Below are positions 1 to 10,546 of a stretch of 64,000 nucleotides of DNA, piece by piece. Origin of the DNA: Desulfomicrobium sp. (lineage in GTDB: Bacteria; Desulfobacterota; Desulfovibrionia; Desulfovibrionales; Desulfomicrobiaceae); contig JAXGMI010000001.1 of NCBI GenBank assembly GCA_040768745.1, positions 1,504,001-1,568,000 on the forward strand. The letters are read 5' to 3'. Positions within the stretch are counted from its first letter, which is position 1. Each line of letters opens with the position of its first letter. A program made the position numbers and the translations under genes. The notes below the pieces were generated by a model that had not been told where the DNA came from, searched no databases, and saw only the letters and a list, made by a program, of their open reading frames with translations.

Positions 1-89
1 CTGGCATTTGAACTTATTGTCTGCAGCCAGGGTTTCCGGGTAGCCAGCCTGATCGCCTGCGCTGCAGTGTATGTCTGTTGGGCGTGAAC

Positions 90-118
90 AAAAAAATCCC
101 CGCTCGAAGGCGGGGATT
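90..118 (-). terminator. Rho-independent terminator after pnp
   Basis: Hairpin AATCCCCGC-N6-GCGGGGATT followed by a U-tract on the minus strand, just past the pnp stop. Confidence 0.8.
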
Positions 119-123
119 CAGGG

Positions 124-2358
124 TTAGCGGTCCCGGTCTCGGCGTGGGCCCCCACGGCGGTCACCTCCGCGATCACCACCTCGGCGGTCACCCCTGTTGT
201 CACCTCGCGGACGGTCTCCGCGCGGGGCGCGGGGCTGCTCCGGCTCCGGCTCTTCGCCCAGCTCCTCCAAAATGATGGCCTTGCGGCTCAGTTTGATGCG
301 GCCCGACGGTTCGATGTCGATGACCCGCACCCGGATGGCGTCACCTTCCTGGACTATGTCCTGTACGGTGTTGACCCGTTCCCGGGCCAGCTGGGAGATG
401 TGGCACAGTCCCTCCAGACCGGGCAGGATTTCGATGAACGCTCCGAAGTCCATGATTTTTTTGACGATACCGTCATAGTCCTTGTTCAGTTCCGCTTTCT
501 GGTCGTAATAGAGGACCATTTCCCTGGCCTTGGCCAGGGACGCCTGATCCGGTGCAAAAAGGGAGATCTTGCCCGAGTCGTCAATGTCAATGTCTGCCTG
601 GGTGGCTTCGCAGATGGCCTTGATGTTCTTGCCGCCAGGTCCGATGACTTCACGGATTTTGTCCGGAGAGATGTGCACCACGTCCATCTGGGGGGCAAAC
701 TGGGACAGTTCGCGGCGCGGTGTGGCGATGACCGTCTCCATCTGGTCGAGGATGTGCACCCGGGCGGCCTTGGCCTGGTGCAGGGCCTTTTTCATGACTT
801 CTGCCGGGATGCCGGCGATCTTGATGTCCATCTGGATGGACGTTACGCCGTCGCGGCTGCCGGCGACCTTGAAGTCCATGTCGCCCAGGTGGTCTTCGTC
901 GCCGAGGATGTCGGTCAGGACCAGGTATTCATCCCCTTCCTTGATGAGCCCCATGGCAATACCGGCGACAGGCGTTTTGATGGGCACGCCTGCATCCATC
1001 AGGGCCAGGGTGCCTCCGCAGACCGAGGCCATGGACGAGGACCCGTTGGATTCCATGATGTCGGACACGATGCGGATGGTGAAAGGAAACCCCTCGGGAG
1101 TTGGCAGGACCGGTGCCAAGGCCCTTTCGGACAAGGCGCCGTGGCCAACCTCGCGGCGGGAAGGGGCGCGCAGAGGCCGAGCCTCGCCCACACTGTAGGG
1201 CGGGAAGTTGTAGTGCATAAGGAAACGTCTGGAAATCTCGCCGGCCAGGGTTTCCACACGCTGTTCGTCACGGGTGCTGCCCAGGGTACAGGTGCACAGG
1301 GCCTTGGTCTCCCCGCGGGTGAAAATGGCCGAGCCGTGGGTGCGCGGCAGAATCCCCACTTCCATGGTCAGGGGACGCACCGTGGTCAGGTCGCGGCCGT
1401 CGATGCGGCGTTTGTCCGCCATGATGCGCTGGCGGACCAGCTTCTTCTCCAGGTGTTCCAGGGTTTCGGCGACGTTCCTGAGGCGTTCAGGACTATCGCC
1501 AAAGCGCGACAGGAGGGCTTCCATGAGATCCTGCCGGACTTTCTTCTTGGCATCCTTGCGGTCCATCTTGCCTGGAACGGTCAGGGCCTTCTGCAGGGGG
1601 TCTGCAGCCAGTTCGGACACGGCGTTGATCAGTTCCGCATCTTCCGGAGGAGTGGCAACAGTGAATTTTTCTTTTCCAAGCAGCCCGCGCAGCTCCTCCT
1701 GGGCGTCCAGGATGGGCAGGAGCTGGGCATGGCCCCAGGCTACGGCCTCGGCCATGACATCTTCGGACAGAAACTGGGCCCCGCCTTCGACCATGACCAC
1801 CGCATCACGCGTGCCCGCCAGGACCATGTTCAGTTCGCTGGTGGCCAGTTGCGACGCGGACGGGTTGAGCAGAAACTGGCCGTCCTTGTAGCCTACGCGG
1901 ATGGCAGCGACAGGTCCGGCAAAGGGAATGTCGGAAATGTGCAGGGCCGTGGAGGCCCCGATCATGGCCAGGATGTCTGGGGCATGTTCCTTGTCCGAGG
2001 AGACGACCGTGGCGATGACCTGGATCTCGTGTGAACACCCCTTGGGGAAGAGAGGTCTGATGGGACGGTCGATGAGCCGGGAAGTCAGGGTTTCGTGGTC
2101 GCTGGGCCGGCCCACTTCGCGGCGGAAATAGCTGCCCGGAATGCGGCCTGCAGCATAGAGCATTTCTTGATAGTTGCAGGTCAGAGGGAGGAAGTCCACT
2201 TCGCGGTCCATGGCCTGATGGGTGGCCGTGACCAGGACGATGGTGTCCCCCCACTGCACGGTCACTGCGCCACTGGCCTGCAGGGCAAGTTTGCCGTGTT
2301 CGATGACGATTTGCGAATCGCCCATGGGGATGCTGCGGCGGGTAAGTTGGAATGCCAT
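124..2358 (-). CDS. pnp: polyribonucleotide nucleotidyltransferase (PNPase)
   Basis: Two RNase PH domains (RLIDRPIRPLF; ESNGSSSMASVC; DHLGDMDFKVAG), KH (IGPGGKNIK) and S1 domains; start set at ATG 2358 behind a GAGG SD (track start 2370 is the alternative). Confidence 0.97.
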   Translation of the reverse strand: MAFQLTRRSIPMGDSQIVIEHGKLALQASGAVTVQWGDTIVLVTATHQAMDREVDFLPLTCNYQEMLYAAGRIPGSYFRREVGRPSDHETLTSRLIDRPIRPLFPKGCSHEIQVIATVVSSDKEHAPDILAMIGASTALHISDIPFAGPVAAIRVGYKDGQFLLNPSASQLATSELNMVLAGTRDAVVMVEGGAQFLSEDVMAEAVAWGHAQLLPILDAQEELRGLLGKEKFTVATPPEDAELINAVSELAADPLQKALTVPGKMDRKDAKKKVRQDLMEALLSRFGDSPERLRNVAETLEHLEKKLVRQRIMADKRRIDGRDLTTVRPLTMEVGILPRTHGSAIFTRGETKALCTCTLGSTRDEQRVETLAGEISRRFLMHYNFPPYSVGEARPLRAPSRREVGHGALSERALAPVLPTPEGFPFTIRIVSDIMESNGSSSMASVCGGTLALMDAGVPIKTPVAGIAMGLIKEGDEYLVLTDILGDEDHLGDMDFKVAGSRDGVTSIQMDIKIAGIPAEVMKKALHQAKAARVHILDQMETVIATPRRELSQFAPQMDVVHISPDKIREVIGPGGKNIKAICEATQADIDIDDSGKISLFAPDQASLAKAREMVLYYDQKAELNKDYDGIVKKIMDFGAFIEILPGLEGLCHISQLARERVNTVQDIVQEGDAIRVRVIDIEPSGRIKLSRKAIILEELGEEPEPEQPRAPRGDRPRGDNRGDRRGGDRGGDRRGGPRRDRDR

Positions 2359-2379
2359 GATGAGCCTCATGTTGGTTGG

Positions 2380-2486
2380 GCACTCCGTGCATGGCAGCTG
2401 CGGCGGGTTTGGTGTTTAGTGCATGGTTCAACAGCGGTTGGGCCATGCACTAAACACAAAACCGCGAGTAGTGCTGCCGGGAGTGC
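2380..2486 (-). promoter_or_regulatory. long stem-loop in the pnp 5' leader (candidate RNase III processing/autoregulation site)
   Basis: Perfect 15-bp IR GTGTTTAGTGCATGG (2412-2426)/CCATGCACTAAACAC (2443-2457) nested within outer arms GCACTCC/GGAGTGC and GGCAGC/GCTGCC. Confidence 0.6.
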
Positions 2487-2494
2487 GGTTGGTG

Positions 2495-2523
2495 AAAAAG
2501 CAGGCGGGACCGTGGTCCCGCCT
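2495..2523 (-). terminator. terminator after rpsO
   Basis: AGGCGGGAC-CGTG-GTCCCGCCT hairpin followed by GCTTTTT on the minus strand. Confidence 0.75.
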
Positions 2524-2530
2524 TGGGTGC

Positions 2531-2800
2531 CTACTTGCGCAGACCGAGTTTCGCGATCAGATCGCGGTAGCGCTGAATATCCTTGTGCCGCAGATAGTTC
2601 AGAAGCTGTCTCCGCTTGCCGACCAGCTTCAGAAGGCCTGTGCGGGAATGGAAATCCTTCTGATGACCCTTGAAATGGTCGGTCAGATAGTCGATCCGCG
2701 CGGACAAGAGAGCCACCTGGACTTCAGGGGATCCCGTGTCCGTTTCGGTCTTTCCATATTCCTTGATGAGTTCAGCCTTGCGTTCAGGGGTTAAGACCAC
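2531..2800 (-). CDS. rpsO: 30S ribosomal protein S15
   Basis: [12 protein letters not shown]...[26 protein letters not shown] start at 2800 is well spaced from GGAGGA and gives 89 aa. Confidence 0.96.
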   Translation of the reverse strand: MVLTPERKAELIKEYGKTETDTGSPEVQVALLSARIDYLTDHFKGHQKDFHSRTGLLKLVGKRRQLLNYLRHKDIQRYRDLIAKLGLRK

Positions 2801-2859
2801 AGCCATATCCTCCGGTTTAATGTTTCTTCCGCCTGACTCTTGCCTCTTCGAACCGGAAT

Positions 2860-3783
2860 CTAGGCCTGCCAGAGCCCGCGCAGGATGGTCCAAGCCGGCC
2901 CTTGCCCCCTCGTCCGCACCTCCGCCAAGGCCAGGGGTTCCCTGGCCGGGGTGAGCAGCAGAGCCCGGTCTCCTGTCTGGGCCGGATAGTCCGGGAACGA
3001 CCCAACCGGGAGCCAAGCCCCGTTCCGGACCAGCTCAGCCTGCTCCTGGGAGAGGGCCAGCTTGGGCCAGTGCGGCAGGGCTTCGTCCATAGTCAGGACC
3101 AGTTCCTGGAGCCGTTCCCCACGGGACAGAACCGTGTCCAAGCTGTGGGCCTGATCGAGGGTAAACGGGTGGCTTGCTTCTCGTTCCAGTTCGCCGAGCA
3201 CCGCCCCGCACCCAAGTCGCTTCCCCAGGCTGTGGGCCAGGGAGCGGATATAGGTTCCTGCGGAGCAGGTGACTCGAAAAGTGACGCGCGGCAGATCCAA
3301 AGCCAGGACCTGGGCATCGAAAATTGTTACTTCCTTGACCTTGACCGGAACGTCTTTGCCCTCCCGGTGCAACGCATAGAGCGGCTTGCCATGATGTTTT
3401 GCCGCTGAGACAGGAGGGACCTCCTGACGCATCGCTCCCACCCAGGACAGGATTTCCGCCTGGACACCATCAGCAGGGATGTTTTTCCAGGAAGCCTCAG
3501 ACAGCACGGTTCCCTGCACGTCGTAGGTGTCAGTTGTCTGTCCCAGGATGAGGGTTCCGCGATAGGTCTTGCGGTCTTCGCTGAGGTATCCTGCCAGTTT
3601 GGTGGCCTGTCCGAGAAGAACCACCAGTACCCCTGTGGCCATGGGGTCCAGTGTGCCGGCATGTCCGATTTTTTTCTGACCCAGCTGCCGTTTGATCCGG
3701 TTCAGGCAATCCGTGGAGGTCGGACCTCCCGGTTTATGTAAAATCAGGACGCCGTCAAGCTGTGCGATTGGAGGATGACTCAC
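2860..3783 (-). CDS. truB: tRNA pseudouridine(55) synthase
   Basis: [14 protein letters not shown] and [11 protein letters not shown] motifs; GTGA overlap with upstream gene. Confidence 0.96.
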   Translation of the reverse strand: MSHPPIAQLDGVLILHKPGGPTSTDCLNRIKRQLGQKKIGHAGTLDPMATGVLVVLLGQATKLAGYLSEDRKTYRGTLILGQTTDTYDVQGTVLSEASWKNIPADGVQAEILSWVGAMRQEVPPVSAAKHHGKPLYALHREGKDVPVKVKEVTIFDAQVLALDLPRVTFRVTCSAGTYIRSLAHSLGKRLGCGAVLGELEREASHPFTLDQAHSLDTVLSRGERLQELVLTMDEALPHWPKLALSQEQAELVRNGAWLPVGSFPDYPAQTGDRALLLTPAREPLALAEVRTRGQGPAWTILRGLWQA

Positions 3784-4745
3784 GAAACAGCCAGTGCCTC
3801 AATCACGGCGTCGAGGATGACCCGCTTGGCAGCATCCATGTCCAGAAACAGGTGCCCACCGGCTGCGTTGCGGTGGCCGCCGCCTCCGAAACGGGCTGCC
3901 ACGGCCTGCACGTTGACGCTGCCCTTGGAGCGCAGGGAAAACTTGATCCGGTCCTCTTCCTCACGCAAACTGATGGCCACCTGCACCCCGCGTACATAGA
4001 GGACAGTATTGACCAGGCCTTCAGTATCATCTGGGCCGGTACCGGTCTGTTCGAAAATTTCCCGGGTGAAGGCGATGAGGGTGATCCGTCCCTGGGCATG
4101 GAGCCTGGCCTGCTGCAGTACAGTCCCACGCATCTGCAACTGGTTCAGAGTGCCTGTGGATTGCTTCTGCTCGTGGAAGGGGCCGGGCAGAAGACCCAGG
4201 CGCAGGATCTCTGCCGCCATTTCCAGTGTTTCCGGCCGGGTGTTGTTGAAACAGAAATCCCCGGTGTCGGAAATCAGGGCCAGGTAGATGTATTCACCCA
4301 ACAGTCCTGCCAGCGGAACACCCAGTTCGCGGGCCAGGACGCCGACCATCTCACCAACCGAGGACGTACGCTGCTCCACCCAGTTCATAGTCCCGAAATG
4401 GGGATTGCCCAGATGGTGGTCGATGTTCACGACCGTCTTGGAGTCCAGCCAGGGGGCCATGCGCGCACCGGCGCGCTCTGGGGCGCCACAGTCGAGCACG
4501 ATGATGGTTGCCGGTTCGTCAGCAGGAAGTTCCCGCAGAATGTCCCATTCGGGCTTCAGCCACATGAAACGTTGCGGGATGCCGGATTCATTGAAAAGCC
4601 GTACGTGTTTGTCGAGAGCACGCAGCAATTCCCCCATGGCCAGCATGGAGCCCAGGGCATCCCCGTCCGGTGCGACGTGGGATACGACCAGAAAATTGTC
4701 CGATGCCCGGAGGTGGTCAACGATCTGTTGCGGGGGGAGCATCAT
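3780..4745 (-). CDS. nrnA: DHH/DHHA1 family phosphoesterase (NrnA-like nanoRNase/pAp phosphatase)
   Basis: HVAPDGDALGS, NIDHH, SDTG and GGGHRNAAG motifs; usual position between rbfA and truB. Confidence 0.88.
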   Translation of the reverse strand: MMLPPQQIVDHLRASDNFLVVSHVAPDGDALGSMLAMGELLRALDKHVRLFNESGIPQRFMWLKPEWDILRELPADEPATIIVLDCGAPERAGARMAPWLDSKTVVNIDHHLGNPHFGTMNWVEQRTSSVGEMVGVLARELGVPLAGLLGEYIYLALISDTGDFCFNNTRPETLEMAAEILRLGLLPGPFHEQKQSTGTLNQLQMRGTVLQQARLHAQGRITLIAFTREIFEQTGTGPDDTEGLVNTVLYVRGVQVAISLREEEDRIKFSLRSKGSVNVQAVAARFGGGGHRNAAGGHLFLDMDAAKRVILDAVIEALAVS

Positions 4746-5061
4746 AGACCATGTCCTCGAGAAACGCGTCCCATTTGAAGCGCAGATCCGGAACACTGCG
4801 CAGTTTGAGCTCCCTGCTCAGACGGGTGCGCAGGAAGCCCTTGGCCCGGTTCAGGGCTTTTTCGATTTCAGCCTCGGCACTGCGGCCCCGGATATTGGTG
4901 AAGAGAACCTCCGCAATGCTGAAATCCCGGTTCAAACGCACGCCAGTGATGGTGGTCAGCTCCAGGACAGGATCTTCGACTTCCTGCACCAGGAGCATGG
5001 CCAGGACGTGCATGATTTGGTCCCCCATCTGGACCGCTCGGCGACTCGTGCTTCGTTGCAT
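4717..5061 (-). CDS. rbfA: 30S ribosome-binding factor A
   Basis: AKGFLRTRLSRELKLRSVPDLRFKWD C-terminal signature; operon context. Confidence 0.93.
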   Translation of the reverse strand: MQRSTSRRAVQMGDQIMHVLAMLLVQEVEDPVLELTTITGVRLNRDFSIAEVLFTNIRGRSAEAEIEKALNRAKGFLRTRLSRELKLRSVPDLRFKWDAFLEDMVYDAPPATDR

Positions 5062-5069
5062 TGGAAATC

Positions 5070-5357
5070 TCAGGCTCCAAATACGTCCATGTCGGCATGA
5101 ACGAGTTCATCGTCGGTGGCAGCCTCCACCATGGCCAAGACCTTGGACAGCAGGGTGTGCACGTGACTGGTTTCGTTGGATACTGTAACCACGCCGAGAA
5201 CCAGGGTCTGGTGTGCGTCCTGGGCCTCGGTTTCAGCCACGGCCACGTTGAAGGAATTGCGCAGCTTCTGCTTCAGGCTGTTGGCGCTTTTTCTTTTTTC
5301 CTTCAAGGAAAAAACGCCATGCAGCCTGAATTCAAGACGCAGAGTGCCGATGATCAT
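5070..5357 (-). CDS. DUF503 (YlxP-like) protein
   Basis: SLKEKR...KLRNSFNVAVAE motif; located between infB and rbfA. Confidence 0.85.
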   Translation of the reverse strand: MIIGTLRLEFRLHGVFSLKEKRKSANSLKQKLRNSFNVAVAETEAQDAHQTLVLGVVTVSNETSHVHTLLSKVLAMVEAATDDELVHADMDVFGA

Positions 5358-5371
5358 CGGTGCCCCCCGGC

Positions 5372-8173
5372 TTAGATGGTCCGGGCTTCCTCAACAAACT
5401 CGAAGGCTTCAATAATATCACCTATCTTGATATCATTGAAGTTTTCCAGAGCCGCGCCGCAGTCGTACCCTTTGGTCACTTCCTTGGCGTCGTCCTTGAA
5501 CCGCTTCAAGGAGCTGAGCTTGCCCGTGTAGATGACCACGCCGTTGCGCAGCAGGCGGATCCCGGCGTTGCGCTTCAGTTTTCCATCGCTGACCATGCAG
5601 CCGGCGATGGTGCCAACCTTGGGCACGCTGAAGATCTGCTGCACGTCGGCCTGGCCGAGATAGACCTCCCGGATATCCGGGGCGAGCATGCCGGACATGG
5701 CCGCCTTAATGTCGTCCACCAGCTTGTAGATGATGTCATAGAAGCGGATGTCGACTTTTTCCTGTTCGGCCACTTCCTTGATCTTGGCCGTGGGTCTTAT
5801 ATTGAATCCAATGATGATGGCGTTGGAGGCAGAGGCCAGCAAAATGTCGGACTCGGTGATCGCCCCTGCCCCACCATGGACCAGGGAGATCTTGACCTCG
5901 TCGGTGGACAGTTTGACCAGGGCCTCGGAAATGGCCTCCAGAGAACCCTGCACGTCGGCCTTCAGGAGCAGGTTCAATGTCTGGGCCTCTTCGCCGGCCT
6001 TGGAGGCCAGGAAGCTCTCCAGGGTGACTTTGGATTCCTTCGCCAACTCACGGTCGCGGTGCTTGATGCGGCGGTCTTCAGCGATCTTGCGGGCGACTTT
6101 TTCGTCCTTGACGATAACGAACTCGTCGCCGGCCTCGGGGATGGATTCGAAGCCCTGGATCTCAGCCGGAATGGCCGGACCGGCAGTCTTGATCTGGCGG
6201 CCCTGATCATCGAACATGGCCCGGACCTTGCCGCTGATAAGCCCGCAGACAAAGGCATCCCCCTGATTGATGTGGCCCTCCTGGATGAGGACGGTGCCCA
6301 CCGGGCCGCGGCCCTTGTCCAGCTTGGCCTCGACCACGTGTCCACGGCCGGGCTTGTCAGGGTTGGCCTTCAGGTCAAGCACTTCGGCCTGCAGGAGGAT
6401 GAGTTCCAGAAGCTCATCCAGCCCCTGCCGTTTCTTGGCCGAAACGTGGGCATAGATGGTTTCCCCGCCCCATTCCTCGGGCATGAGTCCCAGATCGGAC
6501 AGCTCACGCTTGACCCGGTCCGGATCCGCGCCATCCTTGTCCATCTTGTTCACGGCTACGACTATGGGCACTCCCGCGGCCTTGGAGTGGCTCACGGCCT
6601 CGCGGGTCTGCTCCATGACGCCGTCGTCAGCAGCCACGACCAGGACGACAATGTCCGTGACCTTGGCCCCGCGGGCGCGCATGGTGGTGAACGCTTCATG
6701 GCCAGGCGTGTCCAGGAAGACGACCTCCCCCCTGGTGGTGGCCACATGGTAGGCGCCGATGTGCTGGGTGATCCCGCCCGCTTCGCCTGTGGCCACGCTC
6801 GTGCGTCTGATGGCGTCCAGCAGCGAGGTCTTGCCGTGGTCGACGTGTCCCATGATGGTCACCACGGGCGGACGCGGCTTCAAGTCCTCTGCCTTGTCCG
6901 CCTCCTTGGGCAGCAAGAAGTCGCTTTCAGAGAATCCGACCTTTTCAACCTCGTACTGGAATTCAGATGCCAGGAGCAGGGCGGTGTCGAAATCCAGGGA
7001 CTGGTTGATGGTCGCCATGACGCCCATGGCGAAAAGCTTTTTGATCAGATCCTGGGCTTTGATACCCATCTGATGGGCCAGGTCGGTCAGCCTGATGGTG
7101 TCCTCGACCCGGATTTTGCGTTTGGAGGCCTTGATCGGCTGCGTGACCTGGGGCTGGACCCTTGCTCCGCCGGCCCTACGGGCTTCGGCCCGCTGGGCCT
7201 TCTTGCCCTTGCCCAGGGTGAATTCTTCCTTGCGGTACAGGTCCTCGGCATCTACGGTGCGGCGGCCTTTTTTCTTTTTACCGCGCTGGGCGTCCTTGGC
7301 GCCTTCGCTCTCGGGGGCCGGTCGAACAGCCCCGGCCTCAGCCGGTCCCATGGGACGTCCTGGCCCTGCTGGCCGTCCTGCCGGACCCGCGGGGCGGGGG
7401 ATTTGGCCCGCCGGACCAGTCGGGCGCCCTGCCGGACCCATGGGGCGAGAGAGCTGACCTGCAGGCCCCGCCGGCCGTCCGGCCGGTCCCATGGGTCTGG
7501 AGATCGCCTCGGGGCGGGTATCGGGAAATTCGACAATGGTCGGCCGGGAAATGATCTTGACCTGCACGGCTGGAGCAGCGGGTTTCGGTTTTTTGGCTTT
7601 CTTGCGCGCGCGTTTGTTGTCTTCGGCATCGGCGTCGGATTCGGCAGGGATATCCTCGGCAGCAATCTCCGCGGGCTCGTCCTGCGAGGGGGCTTCTCCG
7701 GACACGACCTCTTCGATCTCCTGGGGGGGAATTGCCTCTGCAACCGTTTCGGCGGGCGTCTCTTGAACAGGGGCTGGCTCGGAAACGACGCGGGCAGGGG
7801 CGATGACCACGGCACGCTGGGACTTGCGTTCCCGGGTCTTGGCAGTGGGGGTTGGTTCGGTCTGCGTTGCTTCGGCTTGCGAGGTGGCGGCAGCCTCTTC
7901 GGCTGCTTCGGGTGCGGGAACGTGTGCTTCTGCCGTCACAGGAGTCTTCTGCCGCTTGCGCACGATGACTCCCGACTGGGAGCGCGTTTCCGTGGCCTGG
8001 GGGGCCGCAGATCTGGTCCGATGATGGTTTTTGACCTGCTCGGCTTCCTCGTCCGTCAGACTACTCATGTGGCTTTTGGCCGGAATCTTGAGTTCCCGCA
8101 GTAATGTCATCAAATCTTTGCTGGAGATCTCAAGCTCAGTAGCCAGATCTCTCACGCGCAACCTAGTGGACAT
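5372..8173 (-). CDS. infB: translation initiation factor IF-2
   Basis: [16 protein letters not shown] and NKMD G-domain motifs; N-terminal RVRDLATEL domain; ATG at 8173. Confidence 0.97.
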   Translation of the reverse strand: MSTRLRVRDLATELEISSKDLMTLLRELKIPAKSHMSSLTDEEAEQVKNHHRTRSAAPQATETRSQSGVIVRKRQKTPVTAEAHVPAPEAAEEAAATSQAEATQTEPTPTAKTRERKSQRAVVIAPARVVSEPAPVQETPAETVAEAIPPQEIEEVVSGEAPSQDEPAEIAAEDIPAESDADAEDNKRARKKAKKPKPAAPAVQVKIISRPTIVEFPDTRPEAISRPMGPAGRPAGPAGQLSRPMGPAGRPTGPAGQIPRPAGPAGRPAGPGRPMGPAEAGAVRPAPESEGAKDAQRGKKKKGRRTVDAEDLYRKEEFTLGKGKKAQRAEARRAGGARVQPQVTQPIKASKRKIRVEDTIRLTDLAHQMGIKAQDLIKKLFAMGVMATINQSLDFDTALLLASEFQYEVEKVGFSESDFLLPKEADKAEDLKPRPPVVTIMGHVDHGKTSLLDAIRRTSVATGEAGGITQHIGAYHVATTRGEVVFLDTPGHEAFTTMRARGAKVTDIVVLVVAADDGVMEQTREAVSHSKAAGVPIVVAVNKMDKDGADPDRVKRELSDLGLMPEEWGGETIYAHVSAKKRQGLDELLELILLQAEVLDLKANPDKPGRGHVVEAKLDKGRGPVGTVLIQEGHINQGDAFVCGLISGKVRAMFDDQGRQIKTAGPAIPAEIQGFESIPEAGDEFVIVKDEKVARKIAEDRRIKHRDRELAKESKVTLESFLASKAGEEAQTLNLLLKADVQGSLEAISEALVKLSTDEVKISLVHGGAGAITESDILLASASNAIIIGFNIRPTAKIKEVAEQEKVDIRFYDIIYKLVDDIKAAMSGMLAPDIREVYLGQADVQQIFSVPKVGTIAGCMVSDGKLKRNAGIRLLRNGVVIYTGKLSSLKRFKDDAKEVTKGYDCGAALENFNDIKIGDIIEAFEFVEEARTI
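7340..7498 (-). repeat. in-frame tandem repeat in the IF-2 linker (about 17-aa unit [17 protein letters not shown])
   Basis: [53 protein letters not shown] in the translation. Confidence 0.85.
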
Positions 8174-8420
8174 GCCCAACCCCCTTGCATTTCTTCTGCC
8201 AGCCCTTGAATCGCTCGAATTTGTTCCGGCACGCCGCATCGCGGCACAAATAAAAACCCCGTCCCGTTCTTTTCCCGGTGCTGTCAGCGGTCAGTGTGAG
8301 CTCTCCGTGAACAGGGCAAGTAAACCTCTCCAGTTCGTCCTTGAAAAAACGCTGTCTGCAGATGACGCACATGCGTATCGGCCTGACCACCCCAGCTTTG
8401 GCATCGTCCGGGCTGGTCAT
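8163..8420 (-). CDS. ylxR: YlxR/DUF448 family RNA-binding protein
   Basis: PIRMCVICR...GRGFYLC motif; between nusA and infB. Confidence 0.85.
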   Translation of the reverse strand: MTSPDDAKAGVVRPIRMCVICRQRFFKDELERFTCPVHGELTLTADSTGKRTGRGFYLCRDAACRNKFERFKGWQKKCKGVGHVH

Positions 8421-9716
8421 CTACGCTTCGTCTCCGTCATCGACATCGTCCTGGTCCGAGGAATCGTCCGTGTCCTCGTCCTTGTTCTGGCTGATCAGCA
8501 GATTCAACGCTCCACGGAGGGCCCCGATGTTTTCCTCGCTGATACCCTGGATGTCCAGCAGTTGTTCGTTGGTGCAGGCCGCCAAGGACTCCAGGGAGTC
8601 GAACCCGGCTTCGGCGAAGTCGGCGATGGAAATCTGGGCCGCACTGGCCAGCTGCTCCAGCAGTTGCCTGTTCTTGTGCACCTTGTTGAACCGGCTGTTG
8701 GTGAAGATGTCGATCTTCCAGCCCAACAGCTTGGCGGCCAGCTTGACGTTCTGTCCCTTCTTGCCGATGGCTGGGGTCAGTTGATCGTCGGGGACGACGA
8801 CCTCCAGCAGTTTCTCTTCCTCATCAATGGAAATTTTGGAAATACGGGCCGGCGAAAGGGCGTTGGCAGCATAGGTGGCGATGTCCGGGCTCCAGAGCAC
8901 GATATCGATTCGTTCGCCCCGCAGTTCCTGCACGATATTGTGGATGCGCGAGCCGCGGATGCCGACGCAGGCGCCCACAGGATCAACGTTGGAGTCCTGG
9001 GACAGGACCGTGACCTTGGCCCGCAGGCCCGGATCGCGGGCCACGCCCATGATGTTGACAACCCCATCGGCCACCTCGGGCACCTCGCGGCGGAAAAGGG
9101 CGATCATATACTCCGGATCGGAGCGGGTGATGATGATCTGCGGCCCGCGGCCTTCCTTGCGCACGTCGATGATGAGGCCTTCCACCCGATCCCCCTGGCG
9201 GAAACGTTCCCGGGGGATCTGCTTGTCCTTGGGCAGCAGGGCCTCGGTCCGGCCAAGGTTGATGATCCAGCCGGAGCGGTCGCGGCGCTGGATGATGCCA
9301 CTGACGATCTCACCCTTGCGGTTCTTGTATTCTTCGTAGATAATTTCTTGTTCAGCGTCGCGCATGCGCTGGATGATGACCTGCTTGGCGCTCTGGGCCG
9401 CGATGCGGCCCAGATCCTCTACCTGCAGGCGGAACCCGATGGCGTCATCCAATTCCACATTGGGATCATGCTTGGTGGCTTCCTTAAAGGCTATTTCCGT
9501 GTCTGGATCTTCCACCTCGTCCACCACGACCTTGAACTGGTAAACCTCGATGTCACCGGTCTCTTCGTTGAAGGTGACCTCGATATCCATCTTATCACCG
9601 TACTTTTTGGTCACTGAGGCCCGGATGGCTTCTTCCAGGGTGTCGATCAGCATGTCGCGGTCAATCCCTTTGTCCTTGCTGATCTGGTCGATGGCTTTCT
9701 TGAGTTCCAAATTCAT
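8421..9716 (-). CDS. nusA: transcription termination/antitermination factor NusA
   Basis: GRIAAQSAKQVIIQ, DPVGACVG and AIGKKGQNVKLA motifs. Confidence 0.97.
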   Translation of the reverse strand: MNLELKKAIDQISKDKGIDRDMLIDTLEEAIRASVTKKYGDKMDIEVTFNEETGDIEVYQFKVVVDEVEDPDTEIAFKEATKHDPNVELDDAIGFRLQVEDLGRIAAQSAKQVIIQRMRDAEQEIIYEEYKNRKGEIVSGIIQRRDRSGWIINLGRTEALLPKDKQIPRERFRQGDRVEGLIIDVRKEGRGPQIIITRSDPEYMIALFRREVPEVADGVVNIMGVARDPGLRAKVTVLSQDSNVDPVGACVGIRGSRIHNIVQELRGERIDIVLWSPDIATYAANALSPARISKISIDEEEKLLEVVVPDDQLTPAIGKKGQNVKLAAKLLGWKIDIFTNSRFNKVHKNRQLLEQLASAAQISIADFAEAGFDSLESLAACTNEQLLDIQGISEENIGALRGALNLLISQNKDEDTDDSSDQDDVDDGDEA

Positions 9717-9755
9717 GAACGTCCTCCGTTCTCTAGAAAAATGATCCGTGCGGAT

Positions 9756-10250
9756 CTAGCGCTTGCCGGGCTTACCCTGTTCGGGATGTTCGTAGACGAG
9801 ATGGGCCTTGCCCACGTTGTCCCAGTGCAGTTCGAAGCTCGAGTTCTCTTCGGCCACGCTGAACATGGGAGGATTCACGGCGGTCAGGCGGCCCTTGAAA
9901 TTCTTTCTGCCATTGAGGGGCCGATCCAGCCGGATGTGCACCGTCTGGCCAAGGTAGCGGCCCATCTGCTCGGGAGAGAAGAACAATCGCTCCAAGCCTG
10001 GTGAGGAGACTTCCAGGGTGTAGGTCCCCGGGACGATGTCTTCCACGTCCAATACCTGGCTCAGGTGCCGACTGACTTCCGTGCACTCGTCGATGCCCAC
10101 GCCCTGGGCCGAATCAAGATAGATGCGGACAATCTTGTGCCTCCCACCTGCGCCGAACAGCAGTTCAATGCCCCAGACCTCGAGGTCCCGGGCCTGGCAG
10201 AGGGGAGTGACGATCTCCATAAGCCGAGCGTGAATGTCACGTGTATCCAT
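9756..10250 (-). CDS. rimP: ribosome maturation factor RimP
   Basis: GIDECTEVSR...YTLEVSSPGLER motif. Confidence 0.95.
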   Translation of the reverse strand: MDTRDIHARLMEIVTPLCQARDLEVWGIELLFGAGGRHKIVRIYLDSAQGVGIDECTEVSRHLSQVLDVEDIVPGTYTLEVSSPGLERLFFSPEQMGRYLGQTVHIRLDRPLNGRKNFKGRLTAVNPPMFSVAEENSSFELHWDNVGKAHLVYEHPEQGKPGKR

Positions 10251-10262
10251 ATCGCCTGCCGG

Positions 10263-10294
10263 AAAAAAAAAGGTGGACCACGGAAAGGCCCACC
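10263..10294 (-). terminator. terminator between tRNA-Gly and rimP
   Basis: GGTGGGCC-N7-GGTCCACC followed by T9 on the minus strand. Confidence 0.75.
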
Positions 10295-10335
10295 CCCATC
10301 AGCTACCGAAATGTCAGTATGACTACATACAGGAG

Positions 10336-10411
10336 TGGAGCGGGTGACGAGAATCGAACTCGCAACACCAAGCTTGGGAAGCTTGTACTCTGCCAATTGA
10401 GCTACACCCGC
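10336..10411 (-). tRNA. tRNA-Gly (anticodon CCC)
   Basis: 76 nt GCGGGTG...CACCCGCTCCA; anticodon arm CAAGC-TTCCCAA-GCTTG; T-loop TTCGATT; CCA encoded. Confidence 0.96.
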
Positions 10412-10502
10412 TCTGCAATCGTCTCCCTTGCATGAGGCGGGGGAGGGGCGTCAAGTCTTTTTTTACAGGCTGCGACCCTGGCTCCAGAACAGATCTTTTT
10501 TC

Positions 10503-10518
10503 TGGCCTGGTATTTGCT
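10503..10518 (+). promoter_or_regulatory. sigma54 (-24/-12) promoter of the flgF operon
   Basis: TGGCCT-GGTAT-TTGCT fits TGGCAC-N5-TTGCW, about 30 bp upstream of flgF. Confidence 0.7.
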
Positions 10519-10546
10519 TTCCACCACATGTCAAGGAGGGTTTCCC

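Noticed and set aside
400..9617. Very long plus-strand ORFs (400..2034, 5360..8104, 8031..9617)
   Set aside because: Antisense shadows of pnp, infB and nusA caused by GC-rich codon bias; no recognisable motifs
10336..10411. tRNA-Gly as an integration site
   Set aside because: No integrase and no duplicated tRNA 3' end nearby; flanks are core genes
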